Shown here piece by piece: positions 12,611-24,014 of a stretch of DNA of 64,000 nucleotides (the stretch's first letter is position 1; each line of letters starts with the position of its first letter). The stretch covers positions 682,001 through 746,000 of the forward strand of contig ML996688.1 in the NCBI GenBank assembly GCA_010356995.1. The letters are read 5' to 3'. This DNA is from Trichodelitschia bisporula (Eukaryota). A program made the position numbers and the translations under genes. The notes below the pieces were generated by a model. It ran no database searches. It was not told where the DNA came from and worked only from the letters and a program-made list of their open reading frames with translations.

Positions 12611-15600
12611 GTAAAGTGGCCAGTGAGGCAGCAATGGGGGCTGCAGGCAAATGTGAGCCACTTGCCATTCTGCCACTCGGCCACCCACTCAGTGGTAGGT
12701 TGGTTGTAGCCCGCATGATGACTCGACATCACACTGACCATCAGCCCCCTCACTCACCAAACCCCCTCCCACCCCGGGCACTAAATCCTAGGCTCTCGGC
12801 TTAGGCCCTAGCATCTTGCAAAACGCTGGGCAGTGAAAGGACTGTGGGTACGGTAGGCGATGAGTAAAGCACAGCAAAGCAGCATCAAACGTGCACTATG
12901 GTATGAGTGTACGTGAGATGGTCTGTGATAGAGAGATAGACCGGGAGAGAGAGACCGAGAGACACAGGCCGAGATGGAATGTGTGTTACTGAGCCGAAGT
13001 ATTGGCTTTGGATTTGGCCACCACCACCCTAGTCGTCCTTCCATTCAAACCACATCCTCAATATTTTCACCTCTTTCGGATGGCTCGGAGACGTTTGGAC
13101 ACGAGAGAGAGAGATAAACCGAATTGGAGACACGAAGTACGTACAGATCTGTACACGTTGCGGAAACGGAGTCAACGACGTCGACTCCTCTTTGCAAACC
13201 TGACAAGCTTCCATTTGCCGCCGTCATCTCTCTCGTCCCTCGTCTCCCAACCATTCTCTCATCCCTCAGTCCATCTCATAAAACCATCCAGTCATCTAGT
13301 CATTTATCCCGCCTCCTCCCGCGCATCCACAATTAACCGCAATTATCTCCAACAACAGCAACTCCTTCTTGCTCAGGCGATACCACTCCGGCTCGTCCCC
13401 CATGTCAGGTTACTCACATCCATTCGAAACCTGTCTCGCAATACACGTTACCTCTTTCGCCCCCTCCCTTCGTCTCGCTCTCATCCGACGTTGCCTGCCG
13501 CAAGCGCCATGAACCTCCTCACGAGCCACTTTTGCATTGCCACTCTGTCAAGACCATCTGGACAGTGGCCTAGGCTTCAAGTCGGTACAAGCAGCGAGTG
13601 TGAAGCCAGTGCGGACCGATGTGAGGCCGTACCTCAAGCGCTTATCGTCAACCCCTCCCATTCTGCCTGATTTCCAGTTCCTCCGGGCACCTTCCGCCTA
13701 ACTTTATTCAAGCCATCGTATCCGGGGTTCCTGACCCAGATGAAGCGTCTTGTCATCTCGCCGTTCGCAGCCTTCTTTGTGGCTCGTTGAGCAGCAGGCT
13801 GCCTTGCGCCCTCCATCGCTGGTGGGAATACGGGAGTGCGTCCACCATCGCCACATCTGGCGGGAGAGGCGACAAGGCAAACAGGCTGCAACTGCCGGTG
13901 ACGACGGTACCGTACGCCCGCGAAGTCGTAACCCAATGCCGCGCTGTGCCACCCGGATGCAGAATGTGGATCCAGCGAAAATGGAAATGCCACTGCAATT
14001 GCTCATCTCTTTGGGGCCTTTGCCGCTTTCACGGGAATGCAGGCAATGTTTGCCCTGTCTGGCAAGGGTAGGTTACAGCTTGGCGACGCTGACTTGAGCG
14101 GAATTACCTCTACGCTGATTTGGCTTCCTGCTACGGATGTACGATACTGTACGGGACCACTTTGGACACATGGCCTTTATTGGACGTCTTTTGATGATAT
14201 TTTGGAGCTCAGTTGAGCGGTATGGCGGCCTCTGTCTGGATCAACTGCTCTGAATTCAGTAAGATGTTGCACGCCGGCAGAGATTTCATGACTCCACGTT
14301 GGGCCAATATCCCGAACGGCAGCCTCGTTCCCTCCCAACCCAACATGTGCGGCAAAGCCATGGGATGAGTACCCACCTGTCAAACATGCTTACTACCGTA
14401 CGGTATCAGTACGGATGTACATGGCCAGATCTCTGTCCGTCGGATGGTCGTATGTTTTGGTCTGAGACTCAAGCGGGTCTGGTAAAGGGCCCAGAGAAGC
14501 TCCGAATTTCTATCTTTCAGCAACGTCGCAGCTCGATCAGCACCTTCCGACCATCCTCGTCATCACCTGCGGTGTGTCCCCACAAGCTAACCGTCGCTGA
14601 GGTTGTCTAGAACGCTGTTCATCATCACAACAACTCGACATTCCAGCCTTGCCCCCCCAGCCCGGGCCCGTGATCTCCACCACAACATCCGTAACCGAGA
14701 ATTCCAAACCCCTCCAGCCACCTAACCCCAACCGGCAATCCCCGCCCCAACCCCGCGCAGCCGCAACCAACTCACGTCGCCCGCGCCGATCGAGGCTGAG
14801 CATGAGTATGATGAGCATCCGCCTCCGCCGCCGCGCAACAAGATCACTCCTGCTGCTCGCCGATGTAACGTATCGCAGGTGCTCGGGCGTCTAGGTGCCT
14901 AAGAGGATGGTCAGCACGAGTTTAATGCAAGTGTAACTCACCCCTCGAAGTTGTGCTTCGCAAACGCCATTGGATCTTCGTCCTCCCGGGCACCCACACG
15001 GCGCACGCAAATCCGCAACGTAAGGCGAGGGAACCAACGTACGAAGACGCGCCACAATGCCGTTCCCAGCGCACAGCCATCGTAAACGCCGTAATATCGA
15101 CGAGAGCACGCCTGTGCTTACCTACGGTACATACGTACGATAGCTTTTCTCACAGCCGTTGTCCGCGATTATGCCGGCTGATGACCCACCCATACTCGCG
15201 ACGTCTGCGTGGACGGCCATGTGCGCACGCGTAGCTACGGATCGCTGGGCTGTTTACCAGTATCAAAGAGCCGTGTGGGGCCGCTATCATCAACGCATGG
15301 TGAACACGGTTGCACAATCAAGGTGTGGCAAGGAGGGGTCTTTGCCGTCGCTGCCTTACCGTTGTTGCCTTCGTGCGGGCGCCATCAGCACGGGACCTGG
15401 GTTTTCATCCATGATCGCGATGCTGCGGAGACGGGGACAGGGACAGCATCCTAACCTTACGCACGCGGTGGAGGCAAAGGATTGCTTCCCCGATGTGCGC
15501 TCCTGGGATCGCTCTCACTCGCTAGGTTCGCTGGCTCGTGGTGCTGCGCGGGGCTTGTTGCGGGAGGGATGGGGATGTGAGTCTGAAGTTGAGCGCGCGG

Positions 15601-18349
15601 CGCGGATAGCGTGGCCAATCGTGGCATGGGTCAAGGGCTGTGATTGGTTGAGAAGTGCGGGGGTGGGAGTGAAGGGCTGAGCTTTTGGGGCGGGGTGATG
15701 TTGGAGGGAGAGAAGAGGGGAAAAGAGGGGAAGATGGTGCCAGACGGGATGCGGCATCATCTGCAAGCAGGTTGGTGGTTTCTGTCCGGAGTTTTGGTGT
15801 TGCTGCGTGGGTTTGTTCAAATTTTTTTTTTCTATGCGTTCTTTCTTTCGCTCGTCCTTCCAGACGCCGCTTTCGTCCATTCGGTTGCATCCCATCCTAC
15901 CCTCCTTTCCAACTCGCCCTCTCTCTCGCCACCCATGGTCTCTGCCGTGTGGCTCTTCCACACGCGTCATCGGGCTGGTATCAGTCTCGCCACGGGAAGC
16001 CCACTCGGGCAGTGGGGCAGCGGGTCACCCAGGCGCGCGGGGGCCAGAAACGGCACGGCCAATTCACGATGGGATCTTACTCATCGCCGAGACGGGCAGG
16101 TCAGGTCACGTTTCACGACGGGGACCTCCCATCACTTCGCTGTCATTATTGCGGCCGGGGCTCATCTCACCCAACACGTCGCTCCTACAGTGCGGGTATG
16201 CGGCAGCGGCACTGCGGAAACAGGCCGTCCGCAATATATGCCATGTTGATTGCTGTTTACTCGTTGCTATTTACTCGCGTGCGAGCGGTATCGCGGAAAT
16301 TGCAAGCAGTTGGCAGTTGGGGGCGCGGCCATGACGCCGAAGGCGTTGAGTCATCGAGCTGGAGGCGAGGACCGGGCGAGGCGGTGCGGGCGCAAACTCT
16401 GCGGCGCGTCATCTGACGGCTAAGGCTCAGCTATTGCCGCGCCCGGTCTCACGAGCGACGCGAACAAAGCCCGCAAAGAGAACACACTCTTCCTAACTCG
16501 GGTATCCCGAGCCCAAAATCCCGCGATTACGCACCGAGAAATGCATCGCAAAGAACGCTTCTCGAAGACCTGCCCCCGGACGTGCCGTTCCAGACCCCCG
16601 AAGCGCGCGTGATGAGCGCCCCGTCCCATACGCGAAAGTCGTGGCCGCTCTGCCCGCGTGGCTTTGCCCACGAGGAGGACTACGACTTTTCGCTGCCCTT
16701 AGCGATGTCCGGCCGCTCCCGCCGCCCCGCGATTGGCCTGTTTAGCGGCCAGCTGTCACTCGCCCACGCCTTCGGCCCCCGCCGAGTGTGCACGCAGTGG
16801 AGCCGGAGGTTCCTCCTCAGACGTCGCCGTCCCCATCGGGTCACGGGTTAACAACGCCCCGCAGCATCACGGCTTCACTCGAGCCACGGAGCTGTGCTGC
16901 CACAGTAGTCGGCGCGCGCCCCGGGTCGGCTGTGTGGAGACGCGATTGTGCTGTGGACGTGCGTGCGACGCAGGCGGCGTGGGCGGGCGGGATTGGAAGC
17001 TGAGCACCGATGTCGGCGCTGAGGACGCAGTTGTCACGATAGCACCGTACCGTATTTCGGAGGGAAGCGTGGCAAGCATGCTCGCAACTGCAGTCCAAGA
17101 TTGCATCAGATCCCGCCGGCCACGCGGGCTGTCAAGCTGACCGCCTCCACATGCCGTTTAATCCAGACCGCCTGCGCGGCGGCGCTAGTTGCTTCCTTCG
17201 CACGCTTCACTGCTGCTGCCTGTCGCGCGCGGCTGCCCCCCCCTTGCTTGCCAAGCGCACCAGCCACGAACATCAGGCTGAGGGCTCGCATTTCAGCGTC
17301 GTCGAGAGGGCTGAGGACGAGGGCGTTAGGCGGATCAGACATGCGTGTGGCTGCTATATTTGAGACTCTCGGTGAGAGGGGTTAGGGTTGGTTTTGGGTT
17401 TGGTGAGGCTCGGCGGGGTGTAGGCCGGATTTGGATTTGGGGAAGGCTGAGAGGAAGAGATTCGGGTTGTGGGCCTGAGTGATGAATCACGTCACACATT
17501 TTGGATGCATTACGTTACGGGCTCGGTGTGTGTGGGATCTGAGATGGGTGCGGCAGGGCTGAGGACCGGTGAAGTGAAGTGATGACAAGGCTGGAGGTTC
17601 TACACAGGGTTTGAATTTTTGGCATGCATGATCAGGCTGTGACGTGTATGGGATCTGGATGCTGGGCTGGATCGCGTCTGGGCCATCGTACTCGACCACA
17701 GTTTGCGGTGTTGCGTTTATCTCCTCATTTGCAACACTGGATTGTCTTGGTTCTGGCCGTGATGGGGATAAAGATGTGGGCTCGTGTTGTGGAAGTCCTA
17801 TTGATGGGAATATTACTACGCGTACGTACAGCAGCGAGAAGGCTGGACTGCAAGGGGCCGCTGCCCTGCGGGGAGTCAATGCGAATGCCGGTACTCCTGG
17901 TTCACCGGCCATACTGAGCTTCTTTCTATCTTCATCGAAGGCTATCCGATGCCTTCCTCTACCAATCAGGCTATTCCGGAGCAGTGGCCTTCATTTTCAA
18001 TGTCAAGCCGACGCTTGGACACTCATCCAGCATACGAACACAACTGGGCCCCAAATTTCGGTATGTCGCCATTACATGCCTCCGACATGTATCGTTGACA
18101 AAGCAAGGCTGACACTGGCCTCGGGCCTAGAAATTCCGGTAGACGTGTTTGTCGCCCTGCATCCCACATGTGTGGAGACCCCTCAAAGGGTCCATGTGGA
18201 ACTCCGAGTCGAGCTCTTGGAGCGAATCTCAAGGTAAACACTGGATAGCGGGGTACGGCGGAGCGACTGGCTTAACACATAGACCGGAAAATTACTAGCC
18301 GAGCACCGATATCAGATCAGCACATTTCGCGGATATCTTCTCCATCGCC

Positions 18350-19050
18350 GGACTTCAGGCACGGATGACGGTATCGTCCGCAAGTGATATTACAGTATCA
18401 CGATATTGGCCACTCCAAAACTGGAGGTTCTGGATAGCCTCAATTGCTGGGTTCGTTATGGGGTTGCTACTGTGGATCAGTTTATCACCTTCGCCTTCGA
18501 TCGGAAATCATCATTTCGCCACTCCGAGTTGCAGATTCAGGTTAGCCTAAGGTCCCTCGACCAGAAGCGAAGAAGCCTACGTGTGAACACCAAGGCCAAG
18601 GACGGCGTTCGTCACCCCAGCCATATGCCTCCTCCAATTTCCACAAACTCGGATCATTGTACTACGTAGGCTTTCAAATCCTGATCTGCCTGCGTCCATC
18701 ATTAGTGGTGGCCTCCCTACAGCTTGCTCAGCTATCGCGTTCCCTTTTTCTTTATCAGCCGACGGGCCTTCTCCAGCTACGCCTCCGAACTAAAACTAAA
18801 GCCGTGTGCAATGGCGAATATGCACTCAACACCCTCGCCGAGTCCCCATCCTTCACCAGGCTTGAGTCTATCGAAGAGACGAACGGGACATCTGGCGATA
18901 TAAGCAATCAAGGAGACACCGTGAAGCTCCCGCCGCTGGATCAACTCTATCAAGAACCCTCACATGGAGAGCAGGTCCCGGTCATCGCGGCCAGGAAATG
19001 GATCCCTAGACCACTCGTCAAGGCAGTGGCGAGTCGAACCATGCGCAAAC
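18350..19050 (-). pseudogene. Possible decayed coding sequence of unknown family
   Basis: Minus-strand translation is protein-like but has stops: DEWSRDPFPGRDDRDLLSM*GFLIELIQRRELHGVSLIAYIARCPVRLFDRLKPGEGWGLGEGVECIFAIAHGFSFSSEA*LEKARRLIKKKGTR*LSKL*. Confidence 0.3.
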
Positions 19051-19545
19051 CCTATTCAATAAGTGTTGGGCAAATGGGTGGGAAATATCCTGGGTTCAGA
19101 TCGTACATGTCGCGAGATCTTGTTCGGAGATTTGGGCGATGATCATCATACAGTGTACGCGTCATCTACCCCCAACATACGTAGTACTATTTAAGGTTAT
19201 TGAGACATCTCTGGTGATGCCAACCAAGATCTTCCATTTTGATGATGACTCCTTGTGCCCGGGTGGTGTGGGATCTCTTTTGTTCAAACACAAACCGCCA
19301 CTATCATGTTCACGAGGCCGGAGATATGCCACTTGAACCTAAACATAATGTGTGGGCTGTCGACGTCACCCCAAACGTGGCACAAACCATCACAACCTCA
19401 CGACCTAGGCCAAAGAGATTACCAATATGATTACCCAACCTGACTATAAGACCCCTTGTCGCTACATCAACTTGTATTGACCAGATCAACGGCTTCATTC
19501 CCCTCCATGCACACACGCAGACACATCTAGCTGAACTAGCTCACG

Positions 19546-19971
19546 ATGACCCCCATCACCCTCACTGCCGCTCAGGCTCGTACGACGAGCCATGCCATCC
19601 CAACTGCCGCACCAGCAAGTGTCCAGTTGGGCGACGAGGCACACTGGATTGCATGGCATATATGGCATCAATACATCATGCACGAAGCCAGGAGCTGGAA
19701 TCTCGACAGGTATATCACAGGCATTGACACAGTCAATATGACGGAACCAGAGGTCCAGAGACTGGACAGCGCGCTCAGGGGCTGGTTATACAGAAGCATC
19801 TCTGACAACGTCCGCGACTACATTGACATGGCTTCTGTCAAGCCAGTCGCAGCGCCCAAACTGTACAGCATGATTAGGAGTTGGTTCGTTAAGGTCGTAC
19901 TCGGCGTATCTGTTCCACGCGCTCAGAAAACTTCTCAACAGTGGGCCTACCCATTGCGCTCGTCCATTTGA
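19546..19971 (+). mobile_element. Solitary ORF resembling the N-terminal part of a Ty1/copia Gag (141 aa)
   Basis: Pattern L...HWIAWHIW...A...NLDRYITG...RLDSALRGWLYRSISDNVRDYI...APKLYSMIRSWF resembles copia gag N-terminal helices. No pol ORF or LTR seen. Confidence 0.5.
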
Positions 19972-20958
19972 TGATGAAGTCCTACTTGCTTATGAGTCGT
20001 CGGCAGTCACGGTTTACAGTTGAATCTCTCAAGCAGGCGTGGGGTCCCCTCACAATACCGACTCGCCCAGGCTCCCCCAACTAGGTCGACTTACGCGCGT
20101 CTCCGTCGCCTTGATCTAGTCCGCTCGGTGGGATTAGCCAGGCGCCTTCACCTCCGCGAGAGGGTTTCTGGCACGGAGGAAATGGTCATACAAGCTTTGT
20201 GATGTCGATATACTTCTTGGTTAGCTAGAACCAGCCGGCTGCATGGACTTTTAGTAACCGCTTGAACCAAAAAAAAAGAGAGTACAAGCTAGTCATCCCC
20301 TCCTTTCGGACACTTTGGAGTACGCCTTCACTTCCCGGTCATATTTAATAGGGGCTAGACGGATGGCGTCCCAGGGATGGCGCCCCCTCGGCCGCCTGTT
20401 GATATGATCAGGAAGTGAAGGCGCTCTTTGGAAGGTACGAATGGCGGAAGGGGGTAAAGCGACACGAATGTGGATTGAGGTGCCTTCTCGCTTTCTCTCG
20501 AGTAATGTTGCGGACGTATATGGTGTGCGGAAGCTCTATGTAGATGACAGCCTTGTGGAGTTGGCATCCGCATCCTTAGAACCGACCGCTGTCTGTATGT
20601 GCCTCGCGTGTTGCATGTTGCGGGAGATACTGGGACGTAATTCAAATCAGCATCATCTTGAGCGTCAATGGCATATGCGAACATTGTAGGCGGGTTACTT
20701 AGAGTGCTGGATTTGAGAGTCCCCTTAAGTGAGCCAACATCAACAGAATCCAAATACCCCCATGCTTGCGGTGCCCAGCGCGGCGAGGTTGAAGTTTAAC
20801 ACGGCTTTAGATATACGGGATCACAAGTACAACTTCGATTTCAAAGGCCACAAGTAACCATGATTACATACCGCCAATATCCCCATTTGGCCCTTTCCAT
20901 AGACAAGAAACAAACTCCGGAAGCCCCATATAAAGCAAAGAAGACTTAAACACACCCT

Positions 20959-22352
20959 TCAACCCCTATTCAGATCCTGCGCCTTGCTTTCCGCCGGCAT
21001 GAACGGGCACAGTCCTCCCTCGCCGGTGACGTCAACATGTCCCTCCGGCAGAGCAATTCCTTCCCCTGCATTGTCTTCCGGCGCGCCTGCCGCGAAAGCG
21101 GGTATCGAATTTTCAGCAACGGTCGGGACAACGCTCTCAGGCTCAGTGCTCGCCGACGTCTTTTTCGCCCGGCTCGCAGAGCGGTAAAATCGGGATCCCG
21201 TGGACGCCGAAGCCGAGCCGGTCTTCGGGCCCACAGTCCCGGTGGCAGGCGCGGCTTCAGCTGGTGGTGTCCTCGAGTACAATACGCCAGCGATCCTCTG
21301 GAAGATACTGGTTGGCGAATTAGAGCGGCGACGGGGCTTCTCCGTAGCCGGGCCGATCGGCGGAGGGATCTCAGCCTCGGGAACGGTCGTCGGTGCAATC
21401 GGTTCCTTAGCGACGACGCCCTGGGGGGCGATTTGCCGGAACATGTCCAGAGGGTCAAACCAAGTCTCGAGTTTGCGGACACGGAATCTCTCATCCACCT
21501 CCGCGATGGTAACGCCGTGGATCTCAATTAGTCCGCCGTGGGCTTTGGCTGTGACCTTTTCGCCTTTGCTGGTTTGGGGTTAGCGCGCGGCTGGACTGCC
21601 AGGGGGTAGACGACTTACTTGTTGAAGCCGACGTAGTCATTCTTCATCGTTCCCCAGTGCCGCCATTTGAAAGCGACCTTGGGTGGGCCGCTGTATACCT
21701 CCAGTACTTCCCAGGCGAAGGTCGGCATCATCCTCTTGAACGTCTTGTGGCTGGTGTTGAAGTCCGAGTTTTCGGGGCTGTAGTACTCGTTGGGGGCGAT
21801 GAGGGCATTGTAGGTGCCGATCTTGAGCACATGTTCTCCTGCTTGAGGCGGACCTCCGTTGACGGCGAAGGAATAGTGCTCGGGATCGATGGTTCGCATC
21901 TCGGATACCTTGGTCTTGAACGAAGCCTCGACCTCCCAGTTCTTCACTAGATTTTCCACGAGGTTAGGTAAACTTCCTGCCTCGTGGTTCATCTTCTTTG
22001 CTATCACACGTCAGCATCTGTTGTCAGCCAAGTATAGTGGATGATCATGATCCAATATCCATTGGACCATTGGAGCCAGGTTTCATGTCCATCCACGTGC
22101 CAAAGTGCGTCCCCATGCAACTGTCGTGCGACACATAGAGAGTGCCGAAAGCCGAAGCACGCGACGAAGAGCAGTGATACAGCAGATGAACTTACATTGT
22201 GCATAAACCACGCGGGTTTTTGAGTAATCTGGGGGTTGGCCATATCGCCACTCGGCTGTGATGTCCTTCAGGACGGCATTCGGATCCGTGACGATGTCGG
22301 AAAGGCCGCGCGTAAGCTGTGAAGTTGTCTCCAGAATGTCGGTCTCAACCAT
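20959..22352 (-). CDS. Pathogen-related protein family (NTF2/SnoaL-like fold)
   Basis: Exons 22352-22196, 22000-21619 and 21568-20959. Motifs WRYGQPPDYSKT, LVENLVKNWEVEASFK, GTYNAL, SHKTFKRMMPTFAWEVLEVYSGPPKVAFKWRHWG and WFDP. Confidence 0.88.
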
Positions 22353-24014
22353 GATGACTGGAGATGCTAGCGATGTACGAGATATCCAGAATTCAGTTGC
22401 CAGGCGAAATAGAGCGGGAACAGCCTTAAGCGAGGTAGTAATGTCACAACTTAGCCCCTGAACACAAGCTCTGGGGAAAGGGACTATATATTCCCAGTTT
22501 TAGCATGGAGGCGGAGCAACTCCTGCTTGGAGACAATCCTTCCGTGCTGGGAATTCGATGCCTTTGACACGGCCGTTAGAAGGAATGATGGGTGGCTCTC
22601 AACTAAGGCATGACTCTCGTATTTAAAATGCATGCTTGGTCCAGAAGCCGCATTAGGGGTCAGGAGCCCCGATTTTACGGTAGGACAAAGGCCGCAAACC
22701 GTGGCATATAGGGATAGGTTGGCAAGCAGCGGCCGGTTGCCGCGCAGGCGGGAGGACCTCGTCCATGTGGACGTCCTACAAGGGTAGTATCTCGACCATA
22801 GAAAGCGATTCAACTGGTGCGCGGTGGCGATTCGAGACGATCTCCGTCGCAGCAGTAAAGTCACTCCGTAGTTAACATGTCTTGAGCAATGTCTTGAGCA
22901 GGGACTTCGGAGCGGTAAACGGCCCCCCGGCGTCGTATCCCAGAGACTGGACGATGCAAGAAGCGCAAAGCGGATGCTCGGCGAACCGGACATCGAGGAG
23001 AATTTATCAGACTCCATCCGGGCTGCTGGAGAAGTCCTTAATCTTCTGGGACATGCAGCTGTCGTGCATCCTAGCAAGGACGCCTGTCATAGCTGTTTGA
23101 TGCAATGCTTCGCAGAGATCGCTATCCGTGAGAGAGGCTGTCGTACAAGAAACGGCTGCAGCGTGCCTTGGGTGACAGGATTCCCTGGAACCCGGTAGAG
23201 GCAACAGGACTAGGAGGATTGAGTGACGGCGTGGGAAATGGCGGCAATCGTGGTGGTTGTGCGGAAGGATTGGAACGCGACGTTCGGAATGGACCTCCAG
23301 CTGCCGATCCCCCAAAATACACGTGCAATTCCTAGCCACGTGGATTGTCAGTGATGCCAAAACTAGAAGGCTTCCTCGATCCCATCTCACAGTAAGACCG
23401 CAAATGGCGGATATCCGACACTCGATCAAAGAAAAACTCGAAGAGGCTCTGTCCGGACAAACGATTTGGGATGCGCCCGCATCATCAACATGTGCTCTTG
23501 CCCCAAATCAGGTGGGCGAGGTCGCGCCTCAATGCCTTTCGCTTCATTCCACTCCTCCGCACGTCCTGTACTACCCATTCTCAAGCCCTTTCCCTTTGTA
23601 CCCATGACAGCCGTCTTGGCCTCGTTGCGGCGTTGCACTGTAGAGATCCGTCAACCAGCAGAATGTTTGCCCACAGTGTCACCATGTTACCAGCAGTGCG
23701 GACCATGTCCTCGGGGAATCGGCATCGGAGTCCTAGTAATTTCGCCGCATATCACAACACGGGAGCTAGCAAAGCACATTAAATTCCATTCGACCAACAT
23801 ACACCACGTTCCCTTAAGCTTCGCTTTGCCCGCCAACCCTTTCAAGGGGAACAAAACGCCTAACCGTAAAGGGAACCCAAGCCAGTTCCAGACGCCTCAC
23901 CACTCGTGAAGTCATAGAATCCCATTCCTCCAACTCCAAATCAATGCAAACTCCGCAAGCTCCATTGCCGCCATGACGTGAGAAAAAAAAAACCGGCCCA
24001 CAGAGATATACAAC

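Noticed and set aside
17378..17402. Telomere-like GGGTTAGGGTT
   Set aside because: Single unit within a G/T-rich tract; a similar string occurs inside the vps45 CDS.
17479..17541. GTGATGA...CTGA pair resembling a C/D snoRNA
   Set aside because: Short, with no terminal stem or identifiable guide.
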